In this document: positions 62,857 through 64,000 of the stretch, piece by piece
Numbering within the stretch: position 1 is the stretch's first letter
Layout of the letters: each line of letters starts with the position of its first letter
From: an uncultured virus (IMG/VR IMGVR_UViG_3300021961_000069)
Lineage: Duplodnaviria > Heunggongvirae > Uroviricota > Caudoviricetes
IMG/VR virus record: IMGVR_UViG_3300021961_000069
Direction: 5' to 3' (one strand)
Length of the DNA stretch: 64,000 nt
Made by a program: the position numbers and the translations under genes
Notes under the pieces: generated by a model
What the model saw: the letters and a program-made list of their open reading frames with translations, nothing else
Told to the model about the DNA's origin: nothing
The model's database searches: none

Positions 62857-64000
62857 TATACGTTCCTCTCTCTATCAGTTTCTGCTGGATCTACGTATGT
62901 AGGAACTTGGTTTTCGTGCAACACCCAAGGTTCGTGCATCGGAATCCTTTTTACTATGCTATCAACTAAAAGTGTTTGATATTTGGTGCTCCAACTTAAT
63001 GTAGGATCTGTCTTAGGATTTTTATGCGTTGATAGCGGATTAATCGCAGTAGCTTTTTGTGCTACTGGTCCATTCATATCAATCCTTGTGGCTGTTTCAG
63101 TATGATTACCTCCACTATTGATATCAATGTTTCCTCTCGTGGTAATTTTTGTGCTTCCGCCGACTACTAAATCGCTGTTGCTACCAACTGTTATCTGTCT
63201 GTTGTTGCCAGCGATCATTTTAGTGTTCCACTTGCTTTCGATATAAACCCTACCACTTTCAAAATTATTTGAGTCAAGTTGTGCATTGTTTGAATATTCT
63301 GCAGATGCTTTTAAATTAATATTCCTTCCAGCTTCCATATTAATGTCTCTGTCTGCTTTGATGTTCAGATCATTTTCAGTGTGGATGCTTATGCTATCTC
63401 TAGCATAGATATCTATCTTGCCGTTTGATGTTAGTTCTATCCAAGTAGTTCCTTTTGAATTTCCAATATAAATTAAATCTTCTGAATTGTGCATCAATAA
63501 TTGATGTCCAGTTCTTGTTCTCAATCTCACATATTCATTGTATGGGATATCTGAATTACCTTTTTCACCGTTTTGTGTGTCAGCATAATCTACTGGTCCT
63601 TCACCTGCTGGTGTTTTTCTTTGATACCTATCATCACCATCGTCCATCACGAACTGTGTGCCACCTAATCTGCTCACAGGTACTGGCTTAGGTGTTTGGC
63701 TTTCATTTACTCCTATCTTGGCTCGTTTTGCTCCATTCTTTCTATCGAGAGGTCCTGGAGTAGATATACCAAATACCATACTAGGAACTTCTCTACGAGC
63801 TGATGATGTTGTGGTTCCTCTAGCATCATCTTCTATCAATCCTTGTCTTAGGAAATGTTCTGCGATAGGATGTAGAGGCTTTTTAAATTTTTCTACATCT
63901 ATCTTTTTTCCTTTGGATCTGTTTAATCTTCTGTTCGCTTCTGCTACTGGTAACGGCATTTTTCCTGTACCAGGCCAGTTATAGGTCTTTTTATCAGCTT
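62856..64000 (-). CDS. Baseplate hub/spike protein (gp5/VgrG-like), 5' end beyond the window
   Basis: Frame stays open from 63959 to the window edge; RTRTGHQ, WIELT.NG.IDIY, beta-helix repeats, HEPW. Confidence 0.75.
   Translation of the reverse strand, partial: ADKKTYNWPGTGKMPLPVAEANRRLNRSKGKKIDVEKFKKPLHPIAEHFLRQGLIEDDARGTTTSSARREVPSMVFGISTPGPLDRKNGAKRAKIGVNESQTPKPVPVSRLGGTQFVMDDGDDRYQRKTPAGEGPVDYADTQNGEKGNSDIPYNEYVRLRTRTGHQLLMHNSEDLIYIGNSKGTTWIELTSNGKIDIYARDSISIHTENDLNIKADRDINMEAGRNINLKASAEYSNNAQLDSNNFESGRVYIESKWNTKMIAGNNRQITVGSNSDLVVGGSTKITTRGNIDINSGGNHTETATRIDMNGPVAQKATAINPLSTHKNPKTDPTLSWSTKYQTLLVDSIVKRIPMHEPWVLHENQVPTYVDPAETDRERNV

Noticed and set aside
1..64000. Stop-codon reassignment
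   Set aside because: Genes are full length and tightly packed in the standard code; TAA, TAG and TGA all serve as stops at coupled junctions
1..64000. tRNA or rRNA genes
   Set aside because: Intergenic gaps are nearly all under about 90 bp and none shows a cloverleaf with a T-loop GTTCRA in a proper stem context

Overview
This 64-kb window is a segment of a large, AT-rich, T4-like (myovirus-type) dsDNA phage genome read in the standard genetic code. Two arms converge near 22.24 kb. The + arm (1-22.2 kb) carries an ErpA/HesB plus fused SoxYZ-like auxiliary cassette, a block of charged putative internal head proteins, a DsbA-like protein, a family B DNA polymerase and a probable sliding clamp. 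These are followed by a 7-deazaguanine DNA-modification region: a TGT-fold DpdA-like enzyme, a QueD/DpdL-like T-fold protein, FolE and QueE, with no recognisable QueC, QueF or canonical QueD in the window. That region is interleaved with a GT-B glycosyltransferase, an SGNH-like protein, an MBD4-like glycosylase, a cupin and a phosphoribosyltransferase. RNase H and small hypothetical genes close the arm. The - arm (64-22.2 kb) is a structural block: gp5-like hub (truncated), gp25, gp6-like wedge, a 4906-aa multidomain baseplate protein and paralogous tail-fibre genes. It runs directly into a late-promoter-driven glycan/radical-SAM cluster (four GT-A-like proteins, two twitch/SPASM radical SAM enzymes, an SGNH-like protein, UDP-glucose dehydrogenase). 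The best candidates for new biology are (1) a possibly clamp-tethered, QueC-less deazaguanine pathway with a coupled glycosyltransferase, (2) a virion-glycosylation/tailoring operon, (3) a repeat-flanked in-frame domain cassette inside the giant baseplate protein, and (4) a tandem hairpin element before the polymerase. I saw no tRNA, rRNA, CRISPR array, integrase or intein. All calls come from reading motifs by eye; no database searches were run.
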